Positions 1-9,664 of a stretch of 64,000 nt of DNA are shown here, in pieces. The translations under genes and the position numbers were made by a program. Origin of the DNA: Gemmatimonadaceae bacterium. Lineage in GTDB: Bacteria > Gemmatimonadota > Gemmatimonadetes > Gemmatimonadales > Gemmatimonadaceae. The notes below the pieces were generated by a model. That model ran no database searches. It saw nothing but the letters and a program-made list of their open reading frames with translations, and was not told the DNA's origin. How positions within the stretch are numbered: position 1 is the stretch's first letter; each line of letters begins with the position of its first letter. The DNA is taken from the NCBI GenBank assembly GCA_039936175.1, contig JBDTIV010000017.1, forward strand, positions 4,058 to 68,057. The letters are read 5' to 3'.

Positions 1-373
1 CGACGTATGCGCCGCGCCTGATGCTCGAGCCGCCGGGGACGATCCGCACCCCATCGTCGAGGGTGAGAGCGCGCGGAGGAAAAGTGTCCTTGTCGAAGAA
101 GTAGAGACCTGTACCGTCGCTAACCGACCGAATCGACATGTCGATCATCGCGCCTGCCCGAAACCCGAGCAGGATTCCTCTTTTCACCCACGGAACGGCC
201 CGCCACGTTCCGCTTGCCGGATCTCTTTCAGCCGCCCTTACAGCTCCGCTCTCGAGAGCGTCAAGCAGCCGCTCTATTACCTCGCGCGCATCTTTCGCGA
301 GCAGTGACCCCGCTGGAGTGGCGGCAAGCGCATCGATGCGCCTCTCGAGCGCCCCGTTGTCGGCAGAAATCAC
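1..373 (-). CDS. dapD: 2,3,4,5-tetrahydropyridine-2,6-dicarboxylate N-succinyltransferase, 5' part only (continues off left edge)
   Basis: Not in the ORF track. Manual translation from GTG at 373 (GTGA overlap with the dapA stop) gives MISADNGALERRID...LESGAVRAAE...WRAVPWVKRGILLGFR...FFDKD...VRIVPGGSSIRRGAYV, a typical DapD N-terminus. Confidence 0.9.
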   Translation of the reverse strand, partial: MISADNGALERRIDALAATPAGSLLAKDAREVIERLLDALESGAVRAAERDPASGTWRAVPWVKRGILLGFRAGAMIDMSIRSVSDGTGLYFFDKDTFPPRALTLDDGVRIVPGGSSIRRGAYV

Positions 374-1263
374 GCAGTGAGCGCTCCAACCGACACGAGC
401 GCTGCCCGTACGGTTGGCTCGAACTTGTCGGCCAATGGTACGAGCGGCAGGCGAAGCACGTTCGCCATCTTTCCCATCATCGCGAGACCGGCCTTGGCAG
501 GGATGGGATTCGATTCGACGAACGCCGCCGCGGTCCACTCCGCCAGTCGGTGGTGAGCCGCGCGTGCGGCCGCGTAGTCGCCGGCCGCACAAAGCTCGGT
601 GAGCTGTGCGACCAGAGCCGGCGCGACGTTCGACGTCACGGATATCACGCCGTCGCCTCCATCCGCCATCACCTGGAGCGTCAGCGGGTCGTCTCCGGAA
701 AGAACCGAGAATCGAGCGGGACGATGCCGGATGATCTCGCCGATCTGGCCGAGGTTGGCCGAGGCCTCTTTCACGGCGACGATGTTTTCGTGCTCAGCAA
801 GCTCGAGAGTCGTCGCCGCCTCGATGTTGCTGGCCGTGCGTCCCGGAACGTTGTAGACAACGATCGGAATTTTTACGGCGTCGGCGATCGCCCGGAAGTG
901 CGCGACGATTCCGCGCTGCGGCGGCTTGTTGTACATCGGCGACGCGTGAAGCAGATGCGTCGCCCCAGTCGAAGCCATCTCACGAGAAAGCGCGATTGCT
1001 TTCTTCGTATCGTTCGACGCGGCTCCCGCAACGACGGGTACCCTTCCCGCCGTTTGCTCGACCGTGATTTCGACGACTCGACGATGCTCTGCCGGCGTCA
1101 TCGTCGCGGCTTCTCCTGTCGAGCCGCAGGGAACCACAAAATGGACACCGCTCGTAATCTGCCACTCGACGAATGCCCGGAGGGACGGCTCGTCGATCTC
1201 GCCCCGCAGAGTGAATGGTGTTACGAGCGCGGTTCCACACCCCGCGAGGCGCTCCGATTTCAT
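370..1263 (-). CDS. dapA: 4-hydroxy-tetrahydrodipicolinate synthase
   Basis: Motifs TALVTPF, GSTGE, YNVPGRT, AVKEAS, LSGDD, ESNPIPAK; lies in the dap operon. Confidence 0.95.
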   Translation of the reverse strand: MKSERLAGCGTALVTPFTLRGEIDEPSLRAFVEWQITSGVHFVVPCGSTGEAATMTPAEHRRVVEITVEQTAGRVPVVAGAASNDTKKAIALSREMASTGATHLLHASPMYNKPPQRGIVAHFRAIADAVKIPIVVYNVPGRTASNIEAATTLELAEHENIVAVKEASANLGQIGEIIRHRPARFSVLSGDDPLTLQVMADGGDGVISVTSNVAPALVAQLTELCAAGDYAAARAAHHRLAEWTAAAFVESNPIPAKAGLAMMGKMANVLRLPLVPLADKFEPTVRAALVSVGALTA

Positions 1264-1319
1264 CCTGTAAATCTACGCGGCTCGTGGCACGGAGAGCGAG
1301 TGTCGCTAAGGGACCTCGT

Positions 1320-2030
1320 CTATCGCGAAGGAAGAGTCAGCACGTCGCGCATGGTGAACACACCCGCTTTCCCGATCAGCCAGCCGGCTGCGGCGAGCGC
1401 TCCTTCCGCGAATACGCGCCGATCGCGAGCGACGTGCGTCAGCGAAAGCTGTTCGAACGCGGCGTCGAAGATCAGCTCGTGTGTTCCCGGCACCGAGCCG
1501 GTCCTGACGCTCGTGATCGGCACCGGTCGATCCAGTCCATCACTCACTGCCTTTGCGAGGACGATGCCGGTCCCCGAGGGCGCATCTTTTTTCTTCGAGT
1601 GATGTGTTTCAACTATGTGGGCGTCGAACTCATTCAGGGTGCGCATGAGTGTCCCGGTGTAGCGCGCGATTTCGAGCAGCAGGTTGACCCCCAGCGAAAA
1701 ATTGGCTGACCAAAGGAGAGCCGTGCCGCTTTCGTTCGCCGCCCGAGTCACTTCAGGAAGGCTCTGATACCAACCCGTCGTACCCACCACTACTGGCACT
1801 CCCGCACGCAGCGTGGCAACGATGTTCGCGATCGCTGCCTTCGGCTCGGTGAACTCCACCGCGACCTGCGCATCGCCGAGCGTGTTGCTCGTAATTCCGC
1901 TTCCACCGGCGCTTTCGCGCGCGCCGATCAACGCGGCAATCCTCCAGCCCTTCGCCAACGCCAGATCACGTATTGACAGGCCCATTTTGCCGTCGCCGAT
2001 GATGGCGATGCTTCGAGCCGGACCCGTCAC
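1320..2030 (-). CDS. dapB: 4-hydroxy-tetrahydrodipicolinate reductase
   Basis: Motifs GDGKMG, VVGTTGW, SANFSLGVN, ETHHSKKKDAPSGT, HVARDRRVFAEGA. Confidence 0.95.
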   Translation of the reverse strand: MTGPARSIAIIGDGKMGLSIRDLALAKGWRIAALIGARESAGGSGITSNTLGDAQVAVEFTEPKAAIANIVATLRAGVPVVVGTTGWYQSLPEVTRAANESGTALLWSANFSLGVNLLLEIARYTGTLMRTLNEFDAHIVETHHSKKKDAPSGTGIVLAKAVSDGLDRPVPITSVRTGSVPGTHELIFDAAFEQLSLTHVARDRRVFAEGALAAAGWLIGKAGVFTMRDVLTLPSR

Positions 2031-3385
2031 TCTTTTCCCTGCCCGAAGAACGCTCCGTGCAGACGGTCCATCGCCGGATTCAGCTGATCGCCATCGACGA
2101 TGATCGTGAGATTTATTCCCGTCGCGCTCAGTGACATCATGTGGACCTTGATTCCATCGAGCGCCGCGATGGCGCGACCCATGGAGCTGCTGTCTTCGCT
2201 GATTGCCGCGCCCACGACAGCGACAATCGCGCGGTCGCGCTCGATGGACACATCCCCCAACGCGGACAGCCCAGCAACGAGCGACTCGAGGCCGGATGGG
2301 TCGTCGACTGTCACGGAGACCGATACTTCGGATGTTGCGACAACGTCCACCGAGATCCCATTCTGCTCGAAGATCTCGAACACCCGCCTGAGAAAGCCGC
2401 GCGCGAACAGCATTTTCGCGGCTCCGACCTTGACCACCGTAATTCCGCCCTTTCCAGCAATGGCGCTCACCGCCCGGCGCGGCGCGTCGAACGTGATCCG
2501 CGTTCCCTTCCCTTCAGGATTGCGGGAATTGTAGATGAAAACCGGAATCCCCAGCCTGACGGCAGGAGCGATCGTGTTCGGGTGCAGTACCTTGGCACCG
2601 AACGACGCGAGCTCCGACGCTTCGTCGAATCTGATCTGCTCGATCAGCCTGGATCCCTTCACCACGCGCGGATCCGCGGTGAGCATCCCATCGACATCGG
2701 TCCAGATTTCGATCGCGTCCGCATGGAGAGCCGCTCCGAGCAGCGATGCGCTGTAGTCCGAGCCGCCTCTGCCAAGCGTCGTGGTGATTCCGGCCGCGGT
2801 GCGGCCTATGAATCCGCCCATCACGGGAACCTTTCCGTCCTGAATCAGCGGCTGCACGATCTCACGCGCATTGTCGGCAATCGCGTCGAGCTGGGGCTCA
2901 GCCGACATGAAGTTCGCATCCGTCGTGAACACGTCGCGCGCGTCGACGTGCTCGGCGGGAATTCCCTTCAGCCTGAAGTACGCGGCCACCAGGTGCGACG
3001 AGAGTTGTTCTCCGAACGCCGCGATGGTGTCGAAGCTGCGCGGTGTCGCGTGACCGAGAACCGAAAGCGCCTCGGCGAGACTTGCGAGCTCGTCGAAGGT
3101 CGCGCTCATCTCGGACGCGACGTCACTCGCGACATCCGAAGTCCCGAGCAATTTCTCGCACTGCTGGAAGTGTCTGGCCCGCAGCGTCTCGACGCCGCGC
3201 AAGGCGCCGATCAGATGTCCCTTTGCCGACTGCTCACCGATCGCGAGGAGAGAATTCGTCGCACCGCCGAGGGCTGAGACGACCACCGCGGGCTGGCGAG
3301 GCAATCGCCCCTTCACGATCTCCGTAGTGCGTTCGATCGCCTCCGCATCCCCCACCGACGTACCGCCAAACTTTACGACGATCAC
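2027..3385 (-). CDS. lysC: aspartate kinase (AK-III/LysC type with ACT domains)
   Basis: True start is GTG at 3385 overlapping the asd stop (VIVVKFGGTSVGD); motifs VVVSALGG, TTLGRGGSDYSA, WTDVDG, FGAKVLHP. The ORF-track extension to 4027 is spurious. Confidence 0.93.
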   Translation of the reverse strand: MIVVKFGGTSVGDAEAIERTTEIVKGRLPRQPAVVVSALGGATNSLLAIGEQSAKGHLIGALRGVETLRARHFQQCEKLLGTSDVASDVASEMSATFDELASLAEALSVLGHATPRSFDTIAAFGEQLSSHLVAAYFRLKGIPAEHVDARDVFTTDANFMSAEPQLDAIADNAREIVQPLIQDGKVPVMGGFIGRTAAGITTTLGRGGSDYSASLLGAALHADAIEIWTDVDGMLTADPRVVKGSRLIEQIRFDEASELASFGAKVLHPNTIAPAVRLGIPVFIYNSRNPEGKGTRITFDAPRRAVSAIAGKGGITVVKVGAAKMLFARGFLRRVFEIFEQNGISVDVVATSEVSVSVTVDDPSGLESLVAGLSALGDVSIERDRAIVAVVGAAISEDSSSMGRAIAALDGIKVHMMSLSATGINLTIIVDGDQLNPAMDRLHGAFFGQGKE

Positions 3386-4470
3386 GCTTTGTCGAGTGCG
3401 CCGTTCGCGGCAAGCAGCTCCGCGTTCAGTACCGATCCACCCGCCGCTCCGCGGACTGTGTTGTGTCCGAGCGCCACCATCCGCAGATCGAGCACCGCAT
3501 CGCGACGCACGCGTCCGACGGTCACCGTCATGCCGTCGCCCGCGGACACGTCCCGCTTGGGCTGCGGACCATCGGGAGCATCGGTGACGACGAGCGGATG
3601 CTCGGGCCGCGTTGGGAGTCCCTCTGTCGCGGGAAAACCCTTCCACTCCCGCATGGCCTGGATCGCCGCTTCGGGCGTCGGCTTCTCCTCGAAGCCGATC
3701 GTCATGCAGATCGTGTGGCCATGCACCACGGGAACGCGATTCGTATGAGCGCTCACCTTGAAGGTCGCGTTTATTATCTCGTCGTCTTCGTATTTCCCCA
3801 GCAGCTTCAACATCTCGCGCTCGAGCTTGGGCTCTTCGTCGGCTATGTACGGAATGACGTTGCCGAGGATGTCGAGCGACGGAACGCCCGGGTATCCGGC
3901 ACCCGACACCGCCTGCATAGTTGAAAGAAAGAGCTGCTTGATGCCGAACTTCTGGTGGAGCGGCGCGAGTGCGACTACGGCAACCGTGGCGGAGCAGTTC
4001 GCGTTCGTGACGAGAGCTCCACTCCAACCCCTTTTCCGGCGCTGGCCATCGATCAGCGCCAGGTGATCGCCATTCACCTCGGGAATTACGAGGGGGACGT
4101 CGGGCTCCATTCGAAAATTCTTCGCGTTGCTCAGGACGAACTTTCCGGCCTGGGCGAACGCCGCCTCGACCTCACCCGCAACCGTGGCATCGAGGGCCGA
4201 AAATACGATTGGAGCCGTCACCACTCCGGGGTCGCAGGCAATCACTCGCCGCGACAGGATGGTTGCCGGCGGAGAGGGACCTTCGAGCCAGCGGGTAACG
4301 TCGCCGTATTTCTTTCCCGCGGATCTCTCGGACGCGGCCAGCTCCCTGAGCTCGAACCATGGATGGTCGGCGAGCAGACGCACGAACATCTGCCCCACCG
4401 CGCCCGTGGCACCCAGCACGGCAACAGGCCACCTGGCCTTGCGCCTTCCGGGAAGGGAACGCGTCGTCAT
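3382..4470 (-). CDS. asd: aspartate-semialdehyde dehydrogenase (archaeal/eukaryote-like type)
   Basis: Start ATG 4470 overlaps the M20 stop; motifs VLGATGAVGQ, AASERSAGKKY, NANCS, QAVSGAGYPG, GHNTVRGAAGG. Confidence 0.95.
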   Translation of the reverse strand: MTTRSLPGRRKARWPVAVLGATGAVGQMFVRLLADHPWFELRELAASERSAGKKYGDVTRWLEGPSPPATILSRRVIACDPGVVTAPIVFSALDATVAGEVEAAFAQAGKFVLSNAKNFRMEPDVPLVIPEVNGDHLALIDGQRRKRGWSGALVTNANCSATVAVVALAPLHQKFGIKQLFLSTMQAVSGAGYPGVPSLDILGNVIPYIADEEPKLEREMLKLLGKYEDDEIINATFKVSAHTNRVPVVHGHTICMTIGFEEKPTPEAAIQAMREWKGFPATEGLPTRPEHPLVVTDAPDGPQPKRDVSAGDGMTVTVGRVRRDAVLDLRMVALGHNTVRGAAGGSVLNAELLAANGALDKA

Positions 4471-5462
4471 CGCGCGAGCAGCGTCTTTGCGAGACGCTCG
4501 TAGCTGTCGACGCTGGCTCGCAGCTCTTCGACATCGATGTACTCGTCGGGAGTATGGGCTACATGGATCGAGCCCGGACCAAACAGGAACGGCTCGCCCC
4601 AGTTCGAGAGCAACGGAATGTCGGACGTATATGCGACGGGACCAGTCTCGAATCCCGGAACAGTCGCGAATTTCTGCGCGGGGATGTGCGAGCCGAACTC
4701 CACATCCGCATGCCCCTTCGCCCATTCCGTGATCATGTTCTTGATCGGCGCGACATCCGTCACGAGTCGGAACATGATCTCGGCCTCCGCGTGAGCGGGA
4801 ATTACGTTGGCCTCGGTTCCTCCCTTGATCGTTCCGATGTTGACCGTCGTTTCGCCGAGGACGGGATCGGACGGAAGCGGAAGAGACCGGAGAGTCGGCA
4901 AAAGCTCGAGCATCGGCTCTATGGCCGATCTTCCGAGGTGGGGATAAGCAGAATGTGCCTCGCGTCCCCTCGTTCGAATGGTCGCGCGCAGCGATCCTTT
5001 GGCGCCGCTTGCGAGCTTGCTCTCCGTCGGCTCGCCGTTGATCAGGAAACGGCTCTTCGAGCCCAGATTGTTTGCGGCTCTCGCCCCATCGGATCCCTTT
5101 TCCTCGCCGACCACGAGCAATAGCTCGACGCGCTTTTCACCGCCTCCGACGAGACGGTCGGCCGCCACCATCATCGCGGCAGCGATTCCCTTGGCGTCGG
5201 ACGCACCGCGCCCGAAGAGACGACTTCCTTCGAGCCGAGGCGGGAGGTATGGCGGAACGGTGTCGAGATGCGTGGACAAAGTCACTCCGCCCCCCGAGCG
5301 CGATGCCCACACGTTCGACCGCCCGCGGGTCACTTCCTGAAGAGTCACATTCCAGCCACGGGCAACGAGCCAGCGCGAAACGAAATCCACGGCGCCCCCT
5401 TCGGACCCGGTGGTCGATTGGATCGCGAGGAGCTCCGCGGCGAGCGACACGACATCGGTCAT
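4467..5462 (-). CDS. M20 family metallo-hydrolase (ArgE/DapE-like), probable succinyl-diaminopimelate desuccinylase by context
   Basis: Motifs THLDTVPP, GRGASDAKG, GEE, NGEPT, AHSAYP, GPGSIHVAHTPDEY; coupled to asd. Confidence 0.85.
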   Translation of the reverse strand: MTDVVSLAAELLAIQSTTGSEGGAVDFVSRWLVARGWNVTLQEVTRGRSNVWASRSGGGVTLSTHLDTVPPYLPPRLEGSRLFGRGASDAKGIAAAMMVAADRLVGGGEKRVELLLVVGEEKGSDGARAANNLGSKSRFLINGEPTESKLASGAKGSLRATIRTRGREAHSAYPHLGRSAIEPMLELLPTLRSLPLPSDPVLGETTVNIGTIKGGTEANVIPAHAEAEIMFRLVTDVAPIKNMITEWAKGHADVEFGSHIPAQKFATVPGFETGPVAYTSDIPLLSNWGEPFLFGPGSIHVAHTPDEYIDVEELRASVDSYERLAKTLLAR

Positions 5463-5471
5463 GCGAAGAAG

Positions 5472-6008
5472 TTAGCTCTCGCCGGGTGGGTTCGCCTCGA
5501 GATGCGTGGTCGTCGATCTACGTGTATCTCCGTCGATTCCCTCCGCGTACTCGACGAAAATGTGCTGAACCAGGCGGTTTGCTTCCTTGACGTACGCATC
5601 CTGATGACGTTCGCCCACATCCCCGATCTCGTGGAGCGTGCGGTTGCCCATCATTCGACCGGCTTCGCGAAAGGTCTTGAAAGTGTCCTCAGCCTGCCGC
5701 GCCATGACGATATCGCCGACCAATCGGAGGAAGTCGCTCTCGCGCGCGGTGTCGGCCAGGTCAAGGGCCACGCCGAAGGCAGCGCCAGGAAACTTTCTGG
5801 CGGCACCGGATTCGGCGCCGAGCTGAGACTGGTACTCCTCGAGCATTCGCTGGTTCTCGCGCGCGTATGGGATGTGATGCGAGCACAGGTCGCGGAAGCG
5901 CGGATCCTCTGCCTGGCTTTCGTGGTCTTCGAGGGCGCGCAGAAACGCTCCGTGCTGCGCGACTGCGCTGGATACCTGACCCTTCAAGAATGAGACTCCG
6001 CGAACCAT
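5472..6008 (-). CDS. hypothetical helical protein, possibly ferritin-like four-helix bundle
   Basis: 178 aa ORF with a GGAGGAG ribosome-binding site; amphipathic helices with Glu/His; 9 bp from the M20 gene. Confidence 0.6.
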   Translation of the reverse strand: MVRGVSFLKGQVSSAVAQHGAFLRALEDHESQAEDPRFRDLCSHHIPYARENQRMLEEYQSQLGAESGAARKFPGAAFGVALDLADTARESDFLRLVGDIVMARQAEDTFKTFREAGRMMGNRTLHEIGDVGERHQDAYVKEANRLVQHIFVEYAEGIDGDTRRSTTTHLEANPPGES

Positions 6009-6080
6009 GTCGTGCTCCTCCGTAACTGTCCCACCCCGCGACTAGCCGGGTGACTGGCGTCATGTCGTCACCTTACGCAA

Positions 6081-6096
6081 AGCGAAACTTGTGCCC
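6081..6096 (-). promoter_or_regulatory. possible sigma54 (-24/-12) promoter
   Basis: Minus strand GGGCACAAGTTTCGCT has correct GG-N10-GC spacing, with first-base and TTGC-to-TCGC deviations from TGGCAC-N5-TTGCW. Confidence 0.3.
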
Positions 6097-6121
6097 AAAA
6101 TAACCGCCGATGGACCCGGTT

Positions 6122-7066
6122 TTAGAGTGCGGAGGAGTCTGTTGCTCTACGCCTTTTGGGAATGAGCAGAGTTCCGGCCAGAGGGTCGACGGAGACCGAA
6201 AGCGGCGTGTCCGGCAGCAGCTCTCCGTCGACTTGCGCGGGCATCGGGGGAAAAGTCTCGATGTGGAAATCGCGTCCCGATTTGTAAAAGAGACAGGGGT
6301 CGGCGCTGAAGTCTTTGCGCATCATCCTCCAGAGAATTCTAATAGAATCCCTGAGTGAGTCAGGCGAGAACACGCATGCGTCGAGCACGCCGTCGTCATG
6401 CACGATGCCGTCCCCGAAGGTTACGAGATCGTTTAGGACCGCTCCCAGATTCGCAACGAGAACCGCCGACGCGCGGCGTTCGTAAACGATGCCGTCAACC
6501 GTCAGCCGCAGGGCGAATTGCTTGTTGCGGATGACTGCCTTGTAACCGCCGACGACGTACGCCATGAAGCCAAAGCGCTTCTTGAGCCTCGCTGGCGCTT
6601 CCGAAATCATCGTCGCATCGAGTCCGACGCCGACTCCAATTGCAAACCGCCTTCCGTCGCTCAAGCGTCCGAGGTCCATCACCGCTTGTTCGCCGGCGAG
6701 AAGAAGCGGCACGGCGCGGCGCGGGTCGAGCGGAATCCGCAGCGCGCGCGCAACGACGTTCGCTGTGCCTCCAGCAAGGATGCCTACGGGCGGTCCCTGA
6801 TGCGCCAGCGCACCGAGCACCTCCATCACCGTTCCATCTCCGCCCAGGGTGAAAACCGCGTCGTATTTGTGAGCGTGCGTCCGGGCGAGAACTGCCGCGT
6901 GTCCCGGCGCTTGCGTCGGCATCAGGTCGCATTCAACGCCCGCGCTCGCGAACGCTTTCAGCGCCTTCGATCGAATGCGATCTCCGCGACGGGAGGCCGG
7001 ATTGACGATGAGCAACACGCGTTCGATTCGCCGCGGAGCGAACCGCATCGCGGGCCCCGCGCTCAC
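6122..7066 (-). CDS. diacylglycerol/lipid kinase family protein (YegS/BmrU-like)
   Basis: Motifs IVNPAS, GGDGTVMEV, GGTANVVAR, GVGLDA, QVDGE. Confidence 0.9.
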   Translation of the reverse strand: MSAGPAMRFAPRRIERVLLIVNPASRRGDRIRSKALKAFASAGVECDLMPTQAPGHAAVLARTHAHKYDAVFTLGGDGTVMEVLGALAHQGPPVGILAGGTANVVARALRIPLDPRRAVPLLLAGEQAVMDLGRLSDGRRFAIGVGVGLDATMISEAPARLKKRFGFMAYVVGGYKAVIRNKQFALRLTVDGIVYERRASAVLVANLGAVLNDLVTFGDGIVHDDGVLDACVFSPDSLRDSIRILWRMMRKDFSADPCLFYKSGRDFHIETFPPMPAQVDGELLPDTPLSVSVDPLAGTLLIPKRRRATDSSAL

Positions 7067-9660
7067 GCAGCGTCCAGCACTTTGCGCACCTGCAGCGCCA
7101 GATTGTCCGCCGTAAACGGCTTCTGGATGAACGAGATCGTTGGAGCATGAAGTCCGCGTCGGATGATCTCGTCATCCGTATACCCTGACATGTAGAGCAC
7201 CCGCAGGGCGGGCCGCTCCGCCTGAAGCGCCTCTACCAGCTCCCGACCACTCATGGCCGGCATTACCACATCGGTGAGGACGAGATCGACTCCCCGCATG
7301 GTATGTGAGGCGAGCTGAAGCGCGTCACCGCCGTGCTGGGCGGCAAGCACATGGTAGCCACGCGAACGGAGCACGCGCTCGACGAGATCCCTCACCGAAG
7401 TGTCGTCTTCGACCAGAAGGATGGTTTCGGATCCCGATAGCGCGATTGCCGGCGCCTTCTCGGCCGACTGCGCAAGTGCAAACCCATCTGTTCGGGGAAA
7501 ATGGACGCGAAACGTCGTCCCAGCCCCTGGCGCGCTGGTCACGGAAATTCCGGCCCCCGACTGCTTGACGATTCCGTACACCGTCGAAAGCCCAAGTCCT
7601 GTTCCCTTGCCATGTCCCTTCGTAGTGAAGAACGGCTCGAAGATGCGGGCCTGAGTTGACGGATCCATGCCAAGCCCCGTGTCCGAGACGGTCAGCACAA
7701 CGTAGTCTCCCGCTTCCACCAACGTGGGACTGGCCCCGGAGCGGTTGACCACCGTCTCATTCGCTGTCTTGAAAGTGAGCACTCCGCCCGACGGCATTGC
7801 GTCTCGCGCGTTGAGCGCGAGGTTCATGAGGATCTGTTGCAGCTGTCCTGGATCGGCGGTGAGCGATCCGAGGTCAGCCCCGTGCTCCATCCGGATTTGG
7901 ATGTCCTCGCCGATGAGTCGGCGGAGCATGGGCTCGACCTCATCGAGCGTACGATTCAGATCCACCACTCGCGGTTGAAGCAGCTGCTTCCGGCTGAAAG
8001 CCAGAAGCTGCCGGGTCAGCTCGGTGGCTCTCACCGTTGCCTTCCTGATCTCATCCATATCGGTGCGCTGCTCGTCGCTCAGATTTTCCGCTCCGAGCAG
8101 AAAGTCGATCCTGCCTGTTATGACTGTGAGAAGGTTGTTGAAGTCGTGCGCCACGCCTCCTGCCAGCTGTCCGACCGACTCCATCTTTTGCGCCTGTCTG
8201 AGATCGCTCTCGAGCGCGACCCGCTCGGTGACGTCGCGAAGGTTCACGACGATGCCCTCGATGCCGGGAACATCCAACAGATTGCTCAGCACTCCGTCGA
8301 ACACCAGCCACGATCCATCCTTGTGGCGGTATCTTGCCTGACCTGACACCTTCGCTCCGGGCCTTTCTTCGACTTCCCGCATCAGCTCCCGGACGCCGGG
8401 CCAGTCATCCGGATGGATCATATTCTGGCCCGTTATCATGAGCAGCTCTTCCCGCGTGTACCCGAGGATTCGGGACATAGCCGGACTGACGTAATGGCGC
8501 GTCCCATCTGGAGCGGCGATCACAACCATATCGTCCACGTTCTCGATGATCGCGCGAAAGCGCATTTCGCTGCGGGACAGCGCTTCTTCGCGCATCTCGA
8601 GGGCTTCCGCCATCGCGTTGAGCGTCTTGCTCAACACGCCGATTTCGTCGTTCGAGGGCGCAATCGCGGAGCGATGCGAAAGATCTCCCCTGGAAAACAC
8701 GGCTGCATCGCGCGCGAGACGCCTGATGGGAACGATGATCCGCGTCGCCTGTGTCCATGCCAGAATGATTGCCACCAGCAGCGCGATCGTTCCGAGCCAG
8801 ATCGCGCGCCAGAAATCCGTTTTTTCCTTGGCGAACGCAAGTGCCTGCGGAGAGCCGACCTGAACGACCCACGGGATGTGTCTCGCGGTAACGAATCCGG
8901 CAAAGACGTCGCCGCCATCGAGATCCGACACCTCGCCAACACCCGCCGCTCGCCCCCTGAACATATGAAAGAGGGCCGTATGGCCTACGTTCTTCCCGAC
9001 CCAGCCGGCTGGCAGCGGCGATCTGAAGATGACCGTTCCACGCGAGTCCATGATCGTTGCAAGAGCGGTGTCGAGGAGTGGGCTCCTCGACAGCTCGCGC
9101 TGGAGGCGCGCAGTGGTGACGAAACCGACCACCCTCAGCCCGATCGCTGTGTCCATGCGAGATACCGCAATCGCCAGTGGGCCGTCAACGCCGTAAAGCC
9201 GCGTCGGCCCCTGGATGTCGAACCCGAGAAGAGTGTCTCCGACGGAACCCGGAAGCTGCATTGGCCGCCGCCTTCCGCTTGCAAGCGTATCGGAGGTTCC
9301 GATGGCGATTCCCGATTTGGTGAACACCGCGAAGTGCGCGAAATCCTGGGGAAGCTCGTCCAGCACGTCGCGGACGAGCCTGTCATTGCTCAGCGAGTCC
9401 CGCGCGTTGGGACTCGCCGAGTGAATGAGGGTGAGCAACAGCGTCTCGATGGTGCCGAAGCGACTGTCCAATCTGTCGGCGAGCGCCTGCGCCTGAGTGA
9501 GCGCCCGTTGTTGCGCGGCAGACCGCTCGTTGAAGCGGTGCTGTCGAGCGACCATCCCGACGAGCAGGACGAACGGCGCAACGGCGCCAAGAACCAGCGC
9601 GATGAGACGTGGGCGAAGGCCGAGGGAGCGCCGCTGCGAAGATCCTAGTGGCAAGCTCAC
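7063..9660 (-). CDS. hybrid sensor histidine kinase (TM, Cache-like, HAMP, PAS, HisKA, HATPase, receiver)
   Basis: Two TM segments, HAMP (DEIGVLSKTLNAM), PAS (IHPDD), H-box GGVAHDFNNLL, N-box NARDAM, FEPFFTTK, GTGLGL, C-terminal receiver (LLVEDD, TDVVMP, QKPF). Confidence 0.93.
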   Translation of the reverse strand: MSLPLGSSQRRSLGLRPRLIALVLGAVAPFVLLVGMVARQHRFNERSAAQQRALTQAQALADRLDSRFGTIETLLLTLIHSASPNARDSLSNDRLVRDVLDELPQDFAHFAVFTKSGIAIGTSDTLASGRRRPMQLPGSVGDTLLGFDIQGPTRLYGVDGPLAIAVSRMDTAIGLRVVGFVTTARLQRELSRSPLLDTALATIMDSRGTVIFRSPLPAGWVGKNVGHTALFHMFRGRAAGVGEVSDLDGGDVFAGFVTARHIPWVVQVGSPQALAFAKEKTDFWRAIWLGTIALLVAIILAWTQATRIIVPIRRLARDAAVFSRGDLSHRSAIAPSNDEIGVLSKTLNAMAEALEMREEALSRSEMRFRAIIENVDDMVVIAAPDGTRHYVSPAMSRILGYTREELLMITGQNMIHPDDWPGVRELMREVEERPGAKVSGQARYRHKDGSWLVFDGVLSNLLDVPGIEGIVVNLRDVTERVALESDLRQAQKMESVGQLAGGVAHDFNNLLTVITGRIDFLLGAENLSDEQRTDMDEIRKATVRATELTRQLLAFSRKQLLQPRVVDLNRTLDEVEPMLRRLIGEDIQIRMEHGADLGSLTADPGQLQQILMNLALNARDAMPSGGVLTFKTANETVVNRSGASPTLVEAGDYVVLTVSDTGLGMDPSTQARIFEPFFTTKGHGKGTGLGLSTVYGIVKQSGAGISVTSAPGAGTTFRVHFPRTDGFALAQSAEKAPAIALSGSETILLVEDDTSVRDLVERVLRSRGYHVLAAQHGGDALQLASHTMRGVDLVLTDVVMPAMSGRELVEALQAERPALRVLYMSGYTDDEIIRRGLHAPTISFIQKPFTADNLALQVRKVLDAA

Positions 9661-9664
9661 TTAG

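Noticed and set aside
214-1602. 462-aa + strand ORF, and similar long antisense ORFs (8413-9648, 18631-19869, 42592-44199, 47973-49337, 51958-53247)
   Set aside because: Shadow frames opposite well-supported genes; Arg/His-rich composition without motifs, as expected in high-GC DNA.
3386-4027. Apparent N-terminal extensions on lysC, and likewise asd, ispA, zwf, slt, gluconate-DH subunit 3 and the 38372 lipoprotein
   Set aside because: ORF-caller artefacts overlapping upstream genes; internal starts coincide with family N-termini, several at stop/start overlaps.
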